From contig NC_069008.1 in the NCBI RefSeq assembly GCF_001194135.2, forward strand, positions 16,284,683 to 16,348,623: a stretch of 63,941 nt of DNA, in the 5' to 3' direction. This document shows, piece by piece, positions 1 to 12,350 of this stretch. The notes under the pieces were generated by a model. The model made no database searches. It saw nothing but the letters and a program-made list of their open reading frames with translations, and was not told the origin of the DNA. The DNA is from Octopus bimaculoides. Its lineage: Eukaryota. The position numbers and the translations under genes were made by a program. The stretch's first letter is position 1; each line of letters begins with the position of its first letter.

Positions 1-158
1 TATATATATATATATAAACAAATAGTAAATGAGTATATGCATATATGCGTACAGGTATGTGCATACCGACATCCACCTGTATGTATAGGTGCATATCTGG
101 GTACAGGACATTGCAAACAAAACGTAGACAAGAAAACACACAAGCCACATAGAGAACA

Positions 159-175
159 TTATGTATGTATGTATG

Positions 176-219
<44 letters not shown>

Positions 220-296
220 TATGTATACATATATATATACACATATATGTATACATATATGTATATATGTATACACATATATATGTATACATACAT

Positions 297-327
<31 letters not shown>

Positions 328-328
328 C
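159..328. repeat. Compound (TATG)n/(TA)n/(CA)n microsatellite
   Basis: Directly visible; similar tracts precede the family A acceptor at ~850-950, ~15420-15460 and ~37270-37300. Confidence 0.95.
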
Positions 329-440
329 TGTGACAATAATAAGGTAAGAAAATTTAGAAGAATTTTAGAAATAAAAAAAAAAGTCAATAGACAACATATA
401 TTCAAATATAAGAGTGTATAAACAATTTAAATTATTCATA

Positions 441-828
441 CATGAAACCGGTGGCCTTTCGTAGGACACCTTACATGCTAGAAAGGGCAGTCAAAGCTCA
501 AACCACGAATAAAAGCAACTTCAAAAAAATATTTTAGAAGTTACCCTGAAACTCAAGTTTCTGTATCATTGTGGAAATAAATTAATTTGCAATCTGTACT
601 TCATAAGTGAGGTAACAAAAATTAATGCAGATTTATGCTGCAAATTGCACCAAAATCACACATGCTACATACTTATGCATCATCATTCTCAAATCCATGA
701 CACTGATGAAGAATGGATAGCACATTAATTAATTTTCATTCCCTATAAATTTGCTTTTATTCGTGGTTTGGGCTTTGACTGCCCTTTCTAGCATGTAAGG
801 TGTCCTATCAAAGGTCACCTCTTTCGTG
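441..828. mobile_element. Tc1/mariner-type MITE in the A1 intron
   Basis: ~75-bp inverted arms (441-515 and 755-828) flanked by TA on both sides. Confidence 0.7.
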
Positions 829-871
829 TATAAATACTTAATTGTTTATATGTATGTAAATATATATATAT

Positions 872-936
<65 letters not shown>

Positions 937-1513
937 TATATATATATATACACTCAATGTCTAGGTGTAGTTGTGATTCACAAATTTTTAGATTTCACCC
1001 AATATTATATGATATAATTTGTTAATCAATAAAGAAATGTTGCAACATTTCCGTTTTGATCTCTCCTCTATATCTAATACTGTTTCTTTATTATTTCAGA
1101 TTAATGGATGACATTGGCGCAAAACAACTTTTTTAACATTGGATACATCTGGAATATTTACCATGTTTTAAAGACTAACAGAAAATGCTTTAGAGAAGAG
1201 ATATAATAACCCAACTGCTATAAATCTAGACTGGAATTACTGTGAAATATTTGCTCTGATTGAAGATTCATAGCACCATTTCTGCATCTCATTATCTGCT
1301 GCTTTTGCATTCTAATTAAACTTGAATATATTTGCAAAGCAGTTTACACAAATTTAGATATGAATAACTTGATAGCTGTTGAAATAATTCTAAGGAATAA
1401 ATTATAACAAAAACAAGAAAAAGGAAATGCTGTGTTGAGAAAAGTTGGATAAGGGAAAAATTTTATACTGTGAGAAAGTTCAATGGTTGGATCCATTTTT
1501 ATCTCTTAGAGAA

Positions 1514-2771
1514 ATGTCAAAAGCATTAGGGGAATCAGGATATTGTAAAATTTGTGATAAATCATTCTCTACACATAGTAATTTGGTTAAACACTTTCGT
1601 GTTCATACAGGAGAGAAGCCATTTCACTGTGTTACCTGTGGTAAATCATTCTGTCAAGCCTTTAACTTAACTAGACACATACGTATTCATACAGGAGAGA
1701 AACCACATCACTGTGTTATCTGTGGTAAATCATTCTCTGCAAAAGATAGCTTAATTATACACAAGTATATTCATACAGGTGACAAGCCATTTCACTGTGA
1801 TACCTGTGATAAATCATTCTCTACTAAAGGTGACTTAAGAAACCACATACGTGTTCATACAGGAGAGAAACCATACCACTGTATTACCTGTGGTAGATCA
1901 TTCTCTTCAAAAGCTAACTTAACTAGACACAAAAATACTCACACACGTGAGAAGACTTTTTATTGTGATGCCTGTGGTAAATCATTCTCTACAAAAGACA
2001 GATTAATTTCACACAAAAATACTCACACANNNNNNNNNNAAATCATTCTCTACAAAAGACAGATTAATTTCACACAAAAATACTCACACACGTGAGAAGA
2101 CTTTTTATTGTGATGCCTGTGGTAAATCATTCTCTACAAAATGTAAATTAGCTAGACACAAATGTATTCGTACAGGCAAGAAGCGATATCACTGTGTTTA
2201 CTGTGGTGAATCAGTTTCTACAAAAGCCATCTTAACTATACACATGCATATTCACACAGGAGAAAAGCCATATCATTGTGATGTCTGTGGTAAATCATTC
2301 TTTCGAAACGATCACTTAACTACACACAAACGTATTCACACAGGAGAAAAACCATTTCAATGTGATGTCTGTGGTAAATCATTCTCTAGGAGTGGTGACT
2401 TGACCGTACACAGACGTATTCATACAGGAGAGAAGCCATATAATTGTTATATCTGTGGTAAATCATTCTCTTCAACCTCTTATTTAAATATACATAAACG
2501 CATTCATACTGGAGAAAAGCCATTTCACTGTGATGTCTGTGGTAAATCATTCTCTGGGATAGGTGTCTTGACTAAACACTATCGTACTCATACAGGAGAA
2601 AAACCACATCATTGTGATATCTGTGGTAAATCATTCACTGAGAGTAACAAATTAACCAGTCACAAACGTAGTCATACCGGGGAGAAACCGTATCACTGTG
2701 GTATCTGTGGTAAATCATTCTCTCAGAGTAGTAACTTAACTAGACATGTATCTATCCATGTAAAGGTGTGA
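1514..2771 (+). CDS. C2H2 zinc-finger protein A1 (family A, ~14 fingers; finger 7 lacks its last His)
   Basis: CxxC..HxxxH repeats with TGEKP linkers; ATG of MSKALG at 1514; ends SIHVKV*. The 10-N gap at 2030-2039 is flanked by a ~50-bp exact overlap; merging it gives one frame of ~398 aa. Confidence 0.85.
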
Positions 2772-3127
2772 TTTGTCAAAATTCATTAGAACACCCAATA
2801 AGAACCAATATTCTAAAACTATTTTCCCTGCTAAATCATGGCTTAACTTTTGTGCCCTTCACAATAATCATTGAACCCTTGACAGTAAACATACATGTTT
2901 CAAGTATAAACAGAGACATATATCTATTCCATATAACATACCTGGAACAAGTATGCTATGACATATATCTATCTATCCATCTATATATGACCGGCTTCTT
3001 TCAGTTTTCCTCTACCAAATCCACTCACAAGTCTTTGGTCTGCCAGAGACAGTAGTAGAGACACATGTTCAAGGTGCTGCGCAGTGGAACTGAACCTGGA
3101 ACCCTGTGGTTGGTAAGCTAGCTACTT

Positions 3128-3466
3128 TATTTCTTTTCTTTTAAATTGCCATAAAGGCATTACATAGAGGGGGGCACTACGACACATGTGGGGACATATA
3201 AGAATTAATATAAAAATGTGATGCTATGAATCATATTTAACAAGTTCAGTTTGCTGCACTGGTGGTTCAAAAACGCCCACTGGCAACAAACTGCACACGA
3301 TCTGCTGGTAAAAACAAAATAACTGCCAAAGCGAAATGCCCCAGAGCTGGGCAGAATTTACTGTAAAAAATAAACAATACACAAGAATTCCACCCAGCTC
3401 AAAAGACAAAATCATTTATCTTGACGGCGACACTCTTACGGAGCTGAAAAGCTCACGTCCCTTTAA
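3128..3466 (-). mobile_element. 5'-truncated A-tailed retroelement end nested in a SINE
   Basis: T-rich tail at 3128; TSD-like AGCTACTT/AGCTATTT; host SINE split into 2990-3127 and 3467-3497. Confidence 0.55.
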
Positions 3467-5609
3467 AGCTATTTACCACACAGCCACTCCCTGTGCCTAT
3501 AGAGAGAGAAAAAGAGACATGTGCGTCTTGTCTATATACATATAGGAATGTGGATGTATGGAAGTACATACGTAGGAGAGTATCCAGGATTAGCATGTAA
3601 GGGGGTGTGGGGGTATAGTATGTGATTTTCTTAAGGGGCTGGGCAGAGTGTGTATTATAGAAGTGTACAAATTTGGAAGTTTAGTGGCAATGGTTTGGTG
3701 TGAGATGTAGATATTTGGAATCATAATGAATGTGTGAGGAAAGGAAAGGTGGTGGAATCGGGTCTGAGTGTTGTGCATGGTGGTGGGGTTAGTGATCCAC
3801 TGTTTTCCAAAAAGTCCCTCTATATCTTACACTGTTGTTTCTCTTTTTTTATTACAGAATACAAGACCTTTGGAAATATGCTGTGCTCGAGAAGACCCGG
3901 CAAGCCAAGTGAGACCATAACCTGTGGCCTATGCCAGTGGTGTAACCAGCCCGCCCACTTAGGCGTACCTTTCTTTCATTGGACACTAAACTCTGCTTGT
4001 GAAGACTTGTTGAGACAAGTGAAATCAAAATCAAATTCGATGACAGTACTGCATGACTGGCATCCGTGCTTGTGGAGTGCGAAGAGCACCATCCGAGCGT
4101 GATCGTTGCCAGGGCTGTTCACTGGGCCCCGTATCAAAATTCATTGCATTTCATAACAACCAACATTTCACAACCTTTTCCCCTGATGAACTGTGACTTA
4201 GTCCTCTGGTCTTAACAGTAATCTGTAAAGCTTTCACTTTAATCATACTCCTCATTGTTCTTTTTGTGAAGTACTATTTTCTAACCACATTCTCTGTTTG
4301 TAGCCACTTTAGTAGCCTCTTGCAACATACAGGGATATGGGATTCTATCTGTATCCACTTCTGTTCTACACTAGGGTTAATATAGTGTTGGAAAGCATTG
4401 AGGCATTGGTACTGCTGAACTGGATTGGATCTGATCACACTTTGCTAGGAAGAGAAGTAAGAGAGAACATTTTACAACCTTTTCCCCTTATGGACCCTGA
4501 GTTAGTCCTGTGGTCTTAACAGTAATCTGTAAAGCCTTCACTTTAATCATACTCATAGTTCTATCTTTGAGGTACTATTTTCTGACCACATTCTCTGGTT
4601 GTATTCACTTTGGTTGTCTCTTGCAACTTACAGAGATATGGTATTCTCTTTTTGAAATGCGTATCCGAAAATATACAAAAAATATGTGGCCCATATGACA
4701 TCAGGACAGTATTCTAGAGGAATACCACACTTTGCAAATATCTCCTTCGAGTAAAACCAGTAATAGAAGAGAATATGACCAAAGACTATGTGTGCTGTGT
4801 TCTATGCAGCTGTGGTAGGTGATACAAAGGCGAAACATGCCGTCTCCTCAAAATAAGGGTAGAGGAACAACGCAAAACTGTGACATGAGGAGATATGTAG
4901 AATGAAGTTAAAATAATAGACAGAACACCACTGCAAAATATGAAAAGTAAAAGAAGCAGCACATATGCTAGGACACAACAACCTCCTGAGCAAATTGAGT
5001 ACAGATATAAGCAACATATGGGAACCGGTATTAAGGAATGATAGGAAAATATTAGATTTATAAGGCCTAAAATTTACTCCATAATTGCTCATGGGCATAT
5101 GGCGTAGTGGTTAAGAGTGTGGGCAACTAACCACAACATTCCAAGTTCGATTCCTGAATAATAAGAATGACATAGAAAAATACGAAAATTCCCATGGAGA
5201 CATGATGAGGGCTGGAGAGTATATCAGCCGTCAAATGTAAATGTTCTGCATAATTGCTCTTCCCTCAAATACAGAACTGTAGTTGTAAATCTGTATATTT
5301 ATGTAAAAAAATCAGTTCCTGCTAGTCTTTGGTCAAAGATACGTCTTCTCTGCAGCTCCATGCGACTAAGATGTCTCTTCACCTCAGCACAAGATATGTG
5401 GTTCGTAACCGAAGATATTTTATGACAGACACATTCTCAAAATGACTGCATACATACTGTAATAAAAATATTATATGTTACTTCTTTCAGTGCAAAACCA
5501 AAAAGGTGTACACAGAATAAACAATATATTTATACACAAAAATGTCTTATGGTGATTCATTTAATAACACACACTTTAACAACCAGCTATAGCTGCTATA
5601 AAATAGTAT

Positions 5610-6002
5610 GTAATTATGGTTCAGCTTCTTGTCTCAGATATCATCGACCTCTCTTCACACAAGGGGAACATTGGCTATGTATAGACAAATACTATGTATA
5701 CTATACTATGTATAGACCAATACTTCTTGGTGACCGGGTCTTCACCTGAAATCAGTTAGTGGAAGCGTGCTACAATATATATGCAACAATAGCGACGAAA
5801 ATAATTTGTGTTTTCTATTTAAAGTCCAGATGAAAAAATTCCAGAAGGGAGAGGAAAGTGCATTGATTTGTTGTTGATTAAAAGCCATTTAACCCTTATC
5901 TGTAAAATAGGGGACAACCAATTAACGACGTAATGCTGTGATCAAATATTTAATCACAAAGGTGATGGTACACCGACCCTGGAATATGTAAGTTGCCCTG
6001 TC
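5610..6002 (-). pseudogene. Relic family B 5' module (more decayed)
   Basis: Shares ggttcagcttcttgtctcag and gatttgttgttgattaaaagccattt...gctgtgatcaaat blocks with the B modules. Confidence 0.55.
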
Positions 6003-6339
6003 TTGGCGAAATTCTTAGAGGTATTTCGTCTGTCTTTACGTTGTGAGTTCAAATTCTGCCGAGGTTGATTTTGCCTTGCATCCCATCGGAGGTCGATAAA
6101 TTAAATACCAGTTGCGTGCTGAGGTTGATCAAATCGACTGGCCCCGTCCCCGAAAATCGAATCTTTTGTTCTTAGAGCAAAAAGGATATTTAATTATAAA
6201 AACACAATAGGAACTTTTTAATTATCGAACGGCCGTGATTATCCATAGGATTGAAACAAGAATCGAACGTAGTCTATATGTATTAAAAAGAGGGGTGGGG
6301 TGAGAATCACTGAGATAAACAATAAATTCGTATGCAGAA

Positions 6340-7050
6340 GGCTGTCTCGACATGGTCTCCGAACCTGCTAAAATAGCAGCCAAATGCCCCTGCTATTACG
6401 TAATTTTGGAAGGATTTCAATCGTATGTGTCTGTATTAAACTGACACATCCGATTAGCTCTGCTAATTAAAAGCACTGACAGTTGACAGTGGCGTTAATA
6501 ATTCGATATGACATCAATGACATACGCCAAGAGATACAGACATCATTCATAAACGCCTTCCCTTCGGCCATTTTTTTTTCCGTTTTATACAAACAGGATG
6601 AGTGACCACTTTTCGATTTTTCTATCGACATGTTTCTATGTATAGTTTTCCCTGTCGATATTCACTAAAGCTCTATGTTCGCGGAAGTTGTGCCAGAACA
6701 CGGCATTTCATACGTGAAAATAATTTCCCATAGACTTTGATGTCTGAAGGGAGTCAACGAGACAGTGCAAGCTTGTGTGTTTAAAATATATTTCAGTGTG
6801 GGATTAATAGACTCGTGACAACGAACATAAAGTTAGTAATGTTAATCATAATGGTTTCAAATCTTCCGAGAAGGACAGCGATTTGTGGGGAGAGGACGAG
6901 TCGATTACATCGATGTCTGAGTTTCAATATTATTTCATCTACCCTGAAAGGATAAAAGGTTAAGTCGACTCCGGCGGAATTTGAAGTCAGGCAGTAGCGA
7001 CAGGTGAAGTACTCCTAACCATTTCGTCCAGCACGCTAACAACGATTGTG
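6340..7050 (+). repeat. Segmental block shared upstream of A2, A3 and A4
   Basis: Colinear with ~12590-13330 and ~19715-20440. Confidence 0.75.
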
Positions 7051-7096
7051 TCAGATGAAGCAATATTAACCACAGGGAAGTATTAGATTTCTTGCA

Positions 7097-7402
7097 TTGT
7101 TGGCACTCCGTCGCTTACGACGTCGAGGGTTCCAGTTGATCCGATCAACGGAACAGCCTGCTCGTGAAGGCTCCACAGACACGTGTACCCTTAACGTAGT
7201 TCTTGGGAGAGATTCAGTGTGACAAGGCTGGCCCTTTGAAATACAGGTACAACAGGAACAGGAAGAAAAAGTACAGCAGGGTTCGCCACCATCCCCTACC
7301 GGAGCCTTGTGGGGCTTTAGATGTTTTCGCTCAAAACACTCACAACGCCCCGGTCTGGGAATCGAAACCGCGGCCCTAACCACTGGGCCATTGCGCCTCC
7401 AC
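7097..7402 (-). mobile_element. Same tRNA-derived SINE, internally deleted
   Basis: High identity to 30098-30488. Confidence 0.85.
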
Positions 7403-7469
7403 GAAGTATTAGATATATCTCTTAGAACTAAACCTCCAAGGCCGCTATTGACACTAAGGAAGATTAGCC

Positions 7470-7735
7470 AGATATTAACTACAGTAACCATGGTTACTTG
7501 CATCAAAACATTTTCTTTTTCACCACTTTATCTTAACATTTTTGGTTTTACTTAGTAGAGAGCGGTGGGTTTACTTTAGTCACATGACACACCATACTTC
7601 CGTTTCGATTACAACTTGCTTGACTCAGGAAAGGAACAATAGCGTGTTTTTGTTTGTTTTTTTCACAGACATTTGGTGTGAGTAAACATATTTTAACACT
7701 AAATATCGATTTGTATAGCATAACAGGTAAGATAC
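7470..7735 (+). promoter_or_regulatory. Family A promoter and non-coding exon 1 (A2)
   Basis: GTCACATGAC 7579-7588; ACTTCCG 7596-7602; CAG|GTAAGA donor at 7727; partner acceptor TTATTTCAG at 8442. Confidence 0.65.
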
Positions 7736-8109
7736 ACACACCTATCTATCGATTGATTGTACGTACCGGACCTCTTGTCCGGCTTGCAGAAATCCGAGAA
7801 TACAGTTCCGTGCATTGAGTGCTCGTTTCCCCCTTGTCTCTGAAGGTGATCAGGTTTTCAGCTTTAAACTTTGTGGGTCCTTGCTGCCATCTTTTGTCTT
7901 TAGCTTCTCCGGTCATATCTTTGAGCGATGTTGAGCTGAATGTTCCTAAGTAGACTAAGTTTCACCAAAGAACAGATGGAATGACACACTCAAGACAACA
8001 GGGGCTAATTTCCTATTTTACTTTCGGAAATGTCTTTCAGAGAGAAGTCGTGGGCCCAGCAATACGATAGAAGGATGATATTGAAGAAAGTGACCTAACA
8101 CCATTCAAT

Positions 8110-8290
8110 TTTTTTTTTCTCCGTGTTTTTCTCCTTGTTTCTCCGTATTCTTTCTGGTGAAGAGCGTAGCTCGAAACGTTAAAGACTTTCTGTATTCCCG
8201 AGCGTCATACTAATACATCCTTTTGTTCTTTACACCACCTGTCCTCGTCTGTTGTTTTTTTTTTCGTACATTCTCCTATATATATATACT
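8110..8290 (+). mobile_element. Probable Penelope-like repeat fragment with a minimal hammerhead-like motif (A2 intron)
   Basis: TCTTT-CTGGTGA-A-GAGCgtaGCTC-GAAACGTT-AAAGA at 8149-8185. Confidence 0.5.
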
Positions 8291-8858
8291 CACACTCAAT
8301 GTGGAGGTGTAGTTATAATTTACAAATCTTTAGATTTCGCCCAATGTTACATGATGTCATTTGTTAATCAATAAAGAAATGTTAAAACATTTCCATTTTG
8401 ATCTCTCCTCTGTATCTAAATGCTGTTTCTTTATTATTTCAGATTAACGGATGACATTGGCACAAAACAATTTTTTTAGCATTGGATACATCTGGAATAT
8501 TTACCATGTTTTTTGAAGATGAAAGGAAAATGTTTTAGAGAACAGAAATAATAACCCAACTGCTATAAATCTAGGGTTGAATTAATGTGAAATATTTGCT
8601 CTGATTGAAGATTAATAGCACCATTTCTCCCTCTCATTATCTGGTGCTTTTGCATTCTAATTAAACTTGAATATGTTTGCAAAGCAGTTTACACAAATTT
8701 AGATATGAATAACTTGATAGCTGTAGAAATATCTCTACGGAATAAATTATAACAAAAACAAGAAAAAGGAAATGCTGTGTTGAGAAAAGTTGGATAAGGG
8801 AAAAATTTAATATTTTGAGAAAGTTGAATGGTTGGATCCATTTTTATCTCTTAGAGAA

Positions 8859-9974
8859 ATGTCAAAAGCATTAGGGAAATTAGGATATCATTGTAAAATT
8901 TGTGATAAGTCATTCTCTACACATAGTAATTTGGTTAAACACATTCGTGTTCATACAGGTGAAAAGCCATTTCGCTGTGTTACCTGTGGTAAATCATTCT
9001 GTCAAAATGGTAACTTAACTAAACACATACGTATTCATACAGGAGAGAAACCACATCACTGTGTTATCTGTGGTAAATCATTTTCTACAAAAGATAGCTT
9101 AACTAGACACAAATATATTCATACAGGTGAGAAGCCATTTCATTGTGATACCTGTGGTCAGTCATTCTCTGAAAAGAATAATTTAACTAAACACATACGT
9201 ATTCACACAGGTGAGAAACCATATAATTGTGATGTTTGTGGTGAATCATTCTCTGAAAAGAATAACTTAACTAAACACAAATTTATTCATACAGGGGAGA
9301 CACCATATGACTGTGATACCTGTGGTAAATCACTTTCTACAAAAAGTAGCTTAACTAAACACATACGTATCCACACAGGAGAAAAGCCATTTCACTGTGA
9401 TGTCTGTGGTAAATCATTCTCTGGGAGTAGTGACTTGACTACACACAAACGTACTCATACAGGAGAGAAACCATATAACTGTGATATCTGTGGTAAATCA
9501 TTCTCTACAACCTCTTATTTAATTCAACACAAACGTATTCATACTGGAGAAAAGCCATTTCAATGTGATGTCTGTGATAAATCATTCTCTCGAATTGGTG
9601 ACATGACTCAACACAGACGTATTCATACAGGAGAAAAACCATATAATTGTGGTATCTGTGGTAAATCATTCTCTAGAATCTCTTGTTTAATTCAACACAA
9701 ACTTATTCATACTGGAGAAAAGCCATTTCACTGTGATGTCTGTGGTAAATCATTCTCTCGAATTGGTGACTTGACTAAACACAAACGTACTCATACGGGA
9801 GAAAAACCATATAATTGTGATATCTGTGGTAAATCATTCTCTGAGAGTAGCAGCTTAACTAGTCACAAACGTAGTCATACAGGGGAGAGACCATATCACT
9901 GTGATATCTGTAGTAAATCATTCTCTCAGAGAAGTAACTTAACTAGACATGCATCTATCCATGTAAAAGTGTGA
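8859..9974 (+). CDS. C2H2 zinc-finger protein A2 (13 fingers, 371 aa)
   Basis: Intact ORF from MSKALG to SIHVKV*; closest paralog of A1. Confidence 0.92.
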   Translation: MSKALGKLGYHCKICDKSFSTHSNLVKHIRVHTGEKPFRCVTCGKSFCQNGNLTKHIRIHTGEKPHHCVICGKSFSTKDSLTRHKYIHTGEKPFHCDTCGQSFSEKNNLTKHIRIHTGEKPYNCDVCGESFSEKNNLTKHKFIHTGETPYDCDTCGKSLSTKSSLTKHIRIHTGEKPFHCDVCGKSFSGSSDLTTHKRTHTGEKPYNCDICGKSFSTTSYLIQHKRIHTGEKPFQCDVCDKSFSRIGDMTQHRRIHTGEKPYNCGICGKSFSRISCLIQHKLIHTGEKPFHCDVCGKSFSRIGDLTKHKRTHTGEKPYNCDICGKSFSESSSLTSHKRSHTGERPYHCDICSKSFSQRSNLTRHASIHVKV

Positions 9975-10039
9975 TTATATCATTGTGAAAATTTATCAGA
10001 ACACTGAACAACAACCAATATTTTAAAACCATTTCCTCG

Positions 10040-10165
10040 AAAACTTCCCCAAGAGACCTGATGAAGGCTGGAGACTATATCAGCCGAAACGTGTCAACAA
10101 CAAACAAGATGAGGACAAATATGTCAAATGTAAATAGTGTACATAATTCCTCATCTCTCAAATAT
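10040..10165 (+). mobile_element. Probable Penelope-like repeat fragment with a hammerhead-like core (A2 3' flank)
   Basis: CTGATGA-A-GGCTG(10 nt)CAGCC-GAAACGTGTC at 10058-10095; deleted copy near 5190-5230. Confidence 0.45.
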
Positions 10166-10967
10166 ACGTGCGACTCACATGTCTAATCACCTAGACACAA
10201 GATATATGATTTGCAAACAAAGATAGTTTATAACACGCATTCTCAAAATGGTTCTTCTCCTTACACATATACATACATACTGTAATACAAATATTATATG
10301 TTACTTCTTTCAGTGCAAAAGCAAAAATCAAAACTTTCTTTGTATGTAAACACATGTTTTTGTATCAAACTACATGCTTCCACCACAAAAGGTGAACACA
10401 GAATAAAGAATATATTTATACACAAAAATGTCTTGTGGTGATTCATACTAACTGTTTTTCCATTTAATACTGCATAACATTGGATTACAAGGCACATTAC
10501 ATAAAGATAAATATATAACAGGCACTTTATTTCACATTGAAGTGTACCTGTAACTGAAAGGGCCAATCTTGTCACATTCTGCATCATCTCCCTGAGAACT
10601 ACATTAATGTTACACATGTCTGTGGAGTGCTCAGCCAGTTGCTTGTTAATTCCATGAGCAGGCTGTTCAATTGATCGTAACCAACAAAGTGCCAGTTATA
10701 AATACTTAATTTATCGACCCCGAAGTGATGAAAGGCAGTGTCAACCTTGGCTGAATTTGAACTCAGAATGTAAAGACAGACGAAATACTACGAAGCATTT
10801 CGCCCAGCATGCTAATGGTTCTGCCAGCTCGCTGCCTTGTTTATTATTAAATGCTATTAGGGATTGTATTAAAATAAATTGCTGAAATAGTTTTCTCTAT
10901 TGTAGAAGTAATCCATGTGGTTGTTGAATTTCATTAGAAATAACAGTCAAATCTCCTTTACACTTTC

Positions 10968-11300
10968 ATCATCATCGTTTAACATCCGCTTTCCATGCTA
11001 GCATGGGTTGGACGACTTGACTGAGGACTGGTGAAACCGGATGGCAACACCAGGCTCCAATCTAAATTTGGCAGAGTTTCTACAGCTGGATGCCCTTCCT
11101 AACGCCAACCACTCAGAGAGCGTAGTGGGTGCTTTTACGTGTCACCCGCACGAAGGCCAGTCAGGCGATACTGGCAACGGCCACGCTCGAAATGGTGTCT
11201 TTTATGTGCCACCCGCACAAGAGCCAGTCCAGGGGCACTGGCAACGATCTCGCTCGAAAATCCTATGGAGGCCAGTCAGGCAGTACTGGCAACTTTGCTC
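10968..11300 (-). mobile_element. 3' UTR of the same RTE-like family
   Basis: Reverse complement of 44240-44497. Confidence 0.8.
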
Positions 11301-11659
11301 TAACATTTTAAAAGTGAAGGACACATTAGATAACGTTGTCCTACATCTTCAATAAAAATACAGAATGGCTCATTCTGGTCTCACCTGGGTTTAAACTGAT
11401 CGGCATTTGTGAGTGTACCGCAGTAGTAATTGCCATGAACGACTTTCTTACTCCTGTCAATCTGTCAAACACGTACACTTACATAACACATCCAGCGCAG
11501 AATACCAGCTTCATTCCTTTCTAGCTTTTGCATGTATTCAGAGTGCATGTCTTACAACCATGTAGAATTGCTGTCTGTATACATGCATTATACAATCTTA
11601 CTTTCACTTGGACAGAGAAACCTTTCTTGTAGTCAACACAGATCAAAGGTACCTGAATT

Positions 11660-12350
11660 TCCTCTATCCTATTTTTATTCTAGCTATTCCATTCTTCATA
11701 CATCTTACCTCACTACTAATTTGGTCTCCTAGGTAGCAGAAGTTATCTACTACCTCTGATGAGCTTCCAGGGCATTTGAGAAAATCAAATTCCCGAGTCT
11801 CTAAAGTTTCTATGGATCCTGTGCATCTTCCACATGTGAAAACTATCTTCTTGTGTAACGTTCCTATTATTCCTTTCCACCTCTTGTATGTCTGTAGCTT
11901 ACACGGTGTATACCGTATGAAGCTCCTGCCTACATCTTCTCTACAAATCAAATGGGACTGTCTACCTGAGGTGATGGGTATGGTCCTATCAGCTTTCTTG
12001 CTTACTAGGTCCTTACTTTTTGCCAAGTTAAGCATCTTAAGGCTTTTAAACTCCAGGTTTTGCTTCCACACCTGGAATTTCTCTTCTAGTTCTAATATGG
12101 AATCTGCTATGAAGGCAAGATCATCAACATTTAGTAGTTTCCAGGGGCTGCTGTTCTTAAATTCCTCTGTTATGGCATGAAGGACAATGATGAAAAGGAG
12201 GAAACTGAGGACTGAGCCTCGATGAGACCCTATTTGTACACCAAATTCATTGCTGAACTCGTAATTGGTCCTCACCTTACGGATAGCATCTTTGTACATG
12301 GCCTATACAGCTTACATCAACTCATCTATCCCTAGCCTCCTCAGAAGTTG
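11660..12350 (-). mobile_element. Decayed RTE-like LINE reverse transcriptase fragment
   Basis: GSHRGSVLSFLLFIIVL...LLNVDDLAFIA (QG..LSP..F and YADD-like motifs), FCYLG. Confidence 0.85.

Noticed and set aside
37-421. YI/HT-rich ORFs and ORFs spanning N runs
   Set aside because: Translations of microsatellites and gaps.
1100-1275. Conserved uORF peptide (MTLAQNN... or MDDIG...)
   Set aside because: Frames and stops differ among paralogs, so there is no evidence for a conserved peptide; only uATG presence is retained.
1979-2095. Apparent frameshift or split of A1 into two ORFs
   Set aside because: ~50-bp exact overlap across a 10-N gap; merging restores the frame. A collapsed extra finger cannot be excluded.
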